This document shows, one piece after another, positions 60,701 to 64,000 of a DNA stretch of 64,000 bases (position 1 is the stretch's first letter; each line of letters opens with the position of its first letter). The stretch comes from Podarcis erhardii (taxonomy: Eukaryota): assembly GCA_964252035.1 (NCBI GenBank), contig OZ176201.1. One strand, written 5' to 3'. Both the position numbers and the translations under genes were made by a program. Below the pieces are notes generated by a model. That model searched no databases and was not told the origin of the DNA. It saw only the letters and a program-made list of their open reading frames with translations.

Positions 60701-63700
60701 AAACCTATTCAGGGGGATTGTGAGGTCCTTTCCAGATACAGATAGATGCGCACACCATCAAACATCTTTCCTCTACTCAGCACATTTCCCAGCACTCAGA
60801 ACAATGATTATTTTGTTGCCGAGATGGTATTGTCTCTTCCCCCTACCTCCACCTGATATAATAGTGAGTGCTATGTAGAATGTGGTTATGCAAGTATAAG
60901 TACCTACTGCAGTGTCTGTGACATCACTGGCAACAAGCAGCACAGCTCCTTTGTACGCCATTTTGTAACCTTTAATTTTGTTCCCCAATCTTGTCTTGAG
61001 GCTGAGCATTCTCCCATTCAAACACGTATGCACTCTTTAAGCCCTTTAACAGCAACTTAAAATACTTGCTTAATTTTTTTCCTTGTTTTTTTTATGTCAA
61101 CATACTGATTCTGAGTATATTGTTGTATTAATATATTACTACTGATGTGAATATTGTCTATTTTAATGCTGTTGAATGTATAGTTTATTTGATCATATAT
61201 AATTGTAATTCTGTTAAAATATGAACAATTAATAAAAAGATAAAATATAACGAAAGGGCCAAACATGAGCAGGGATCCACCTCCCATCATCTCCCCACCA
61301 CACACAGTATTGCCATGTCATTTCACAACCATTTTTCATTCTGTTCAATTGCTCTTCTTCCCAAGGAGTTCTTGGAGGCTGTGTGCTCTTCCACTCCAGT
61401 GCAGGGCGTACTTTTCCCATTAAAGAAATAGTACTTTGGCCACCCCATATATGTGTTTCTTTCATAACGAAATCTGGGGTGAGGGTTGTTTTCTAACAAG
61501 GCCCAAATACTATTTAGAATACTTACAATAAAGATAACTTATTACAGTTAACAGAAATAATTGATCCATCAGTCAGCTTCTCTATGTAGGGGGGGGTAGC
61601 AAGGGGAGAGGGTTACATACACAGATCAGCCACAGTATAGACCTTTGATTGCTTCCTGTGTGCAAAAAGGATAAATCTAAATATCTGCCATCTGTGCATA
61701 TAGGCACCTAGACAACTAAGACAGGATGTGCACCATTAAGTGCATTTCCTATTAACCTGCACTGTATGAAGATGCATATTCTCTGGGCATTACAAGTTAT
61801 ACACATCTTGTTTGCCTGACTACATCTTCAAAGCCGATGGAGTTTGAACCATGTAAACACAAGCTCTATAGTATTTGCCTTGATCTATGTGATATTTCAA
61901 CCTGAGTTCACTGATGGGCGATTAGACTTGGAGGCAAGCCTCAAGTTTGAAAGTTACTATTCTAGTCTGTCAGAGCAGCGTCCCACAGAATGAAGGTAAG
62001 CTTTTTATCCACTAAACAAACTACTGGCCATCCAGATATCATTGAACTATAACTCCTATCAGTCCTTAGCCTTGACTTTTTCTTTTTGTGCTTGTGTGGG
62101 AGTTGGGAGTCCCAGCAACTTCTGGAGCACCACAGGTTAGCCTTAAAGGCAGGTGAAGTAAGCTGAAAATATGTCCTTTAGCAAAAATAAAGTGAGGCAG
62201 TGCTTAGCTAAGTTAAGAAAATGAATGCAAGGTAAGTGGTCCATTCTTAACATTAAAAGGATTTGGCTGAGATATTTAGGTTAGAACTGCAGTCTTGGGA
62301 GCCAACTCATTTAGCAACAAGGAAGTGAGACAATTGCCTGCTATTGAATAGCCCATATAAATAGTACAAATTGTTAAGATTCAGTGGAATTGTGCTCCTT
62401 TTGTCTTTCAAAGGTGTAGGAACCTTCAGTCACTCAATTTCTATCTAGTACCTTGCAACATCTCCAGGATCTCATCCTAACTTCAGCATTTCTATGGACC
62501 ATATCAAGCAGAAATCTATTGGGCATAAGAATGGCTAGAATGTGGAGGACTTTATAGGGTTGAAATAAAAGGGTGAGGTAGGCTTGGTTAAAGACGTAGA
62601 AGAACCAGAGGCTGCCTCCGAAACCAAATACTGTTTTTGGTGGATGCTGTCCGAAGCAACTCTTGGCTATGGGGGAAACATGCAGTGAGTGATAGAGGGT
62701 GTCTCTCCCTACTTTTCATTCCGCTTTTCCTTCTTTGTGGGGAAAGAGAGAGGCATCTCTACATTTTCATTCTGTTGCATAGAGAAGAGACTTTCGTCAG
62801 CACATGTGAATGACTTGAGTGTGTCTATATACATATGGATATATATTTTTTTCCAAAATGTATCTAGTAAAATAATGTTTAAATATGGGTTGCAGAAATT
62901 AGATACTCTGTAATTAATCTAAGATGTAATGGATTTTACAGTTTAAGGAACCAATTGTTGGTTTTAAATTAAGTTCTGTGCTAAAAATAAATAAATACTC
63001 TGATTATGGTTGGTGTGCATTTTCATCACTCTTAACAAAGATATGCCTATAGATGATCAGCTGATAGGCTGTTTAATATTCAGCATCTTCATCACATACC
63101 AGAACTCTGTGCCGGGAGAGGCTTAACTCTCATGCCATGACCAAATTCAGCAATAACCACTCCAGGCAAGGAAAAACAAGGCAATTCTCCTCAAGTACAC
63201 AAGACGGAGCTGCATTCTATTCCTATTCCCCCCCCCCCCAACTTCTACATTAAAGTTGGGCTGTGCCAGTTCCTCCAGGGTGAGCAAAAAGTTGGTTTCA
63301 ACAGCTGGTGAGAAAAAAGGAAACCTACACATAGCAAATATGGGAAATAGTGCTAATTATTCATGTGTATACATACCAATGCAAAAGCAAAACTTTATGT
63401 TTATTCCATAATCTCATTTTGCTGCAATTGCCTGTCAGCATAGTGATGCATTCTACTTTCATGGACAGTACGTGTAGCACAAATAAATACTGTGGAGAGA
63501 GGATAGAGCTGGTGACTTTCCTTTGATAATTCTGAATCCTAATCCAGCTAAAAGGAGTGCAGGTATGTTGCAAAGAAATACCTGTGTAATGTAAAATGTG
63601 TGTTGCACACTTTACTTAAAAGGTCCCACACTGCACTAAGGATTTTTATGTCTCCACCATGTGAGGCTTATAATTTGTATATTAAAACATTTCCCTTTCT

Positions 63701-64000
63701 AGCGTTTGGCTCCAATCTCCCGCTCCAAATGAGTGTCTCTCAAATACGCTTGTAAATTGCCTTTGGCAAGCAAATATGCATTCCTAGGTCCCCTGAAAAT
63801 GACTGCTCTGCAGGCCTTGCATCTTCCAGATTAGTGGGAGTGCCCTCTTGCCCAACACACACATATTCTAGAAGTGGCACAGCTGCCACGCACGTGGGGC
63901 ATCTCCCATTTCAGACCAATGTTTATTGCTGCTGTTGCTACAGTCGCTACTATAAAGTTCTTCTCCTCGCTATGGCAGGCCGATTTTGAAACCCTGAGCT

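Noticed and set aside
59500-64000. Expected downstream neighbour (MANF by human synteny)
   Set aside because: No exon-like or MANF-like peptide or CpG promoter recognised in this interval.
1-64000. CRISPR arrays, rRNA genes or other prokaryotic systems
   Set aside because: None seen; the tandem repeats present are two-copy duplications or microsatellites in eukaryotic intronic DNA.

Overview
Vertebrate genomic DNA, almost certainly a squamate and probably a lacertid lizard (inferred from Sauria/Squam-type SINEs). The window holds the 3' part of DOCK3 (Rac GEF, DOCK-B subfamily) on the + strand. I traced 32 coding exons from 461 to the stop codon at 55999, with GT-AG boundaries and consistent reading phases. 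They cover the armadillo region, the whole DHR2 GEF domain (about 22993-33752) and the proline-rich tail, followed by a 3' UTR to about 59.4 kb. One exon (45560-45679) carries a +1 frameshift, most likely an assembly error. The introns are dense with transposons: hAT and Tc/pogo MITEs, L2, CR1, SINEs, a Penelope fragment, a decayed DIRS1 with recognisable ITR/ICR ends, and a probable L1 5' UTR. Top observations: (1) a TSD-flanked hAT element appears to have captured the promoter and first 21 codons of CENPW, including a CDE/CHR cell-cycle module, antisense within a DOCK3 intron; (2) a minimal type I hammerhead ribozyme fold in the Penelope fragment, in the sense of the pre-mRNA; (3) several splicing features: a U12 intron, a 27-nt microexon, a PxxPxR cassette exon, a duplicated acceptor and a candidate poison exon. 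No downstream gene is recognisable in 59.5-64 kb. All homology calls come from recalled family sequences, not from database searches.
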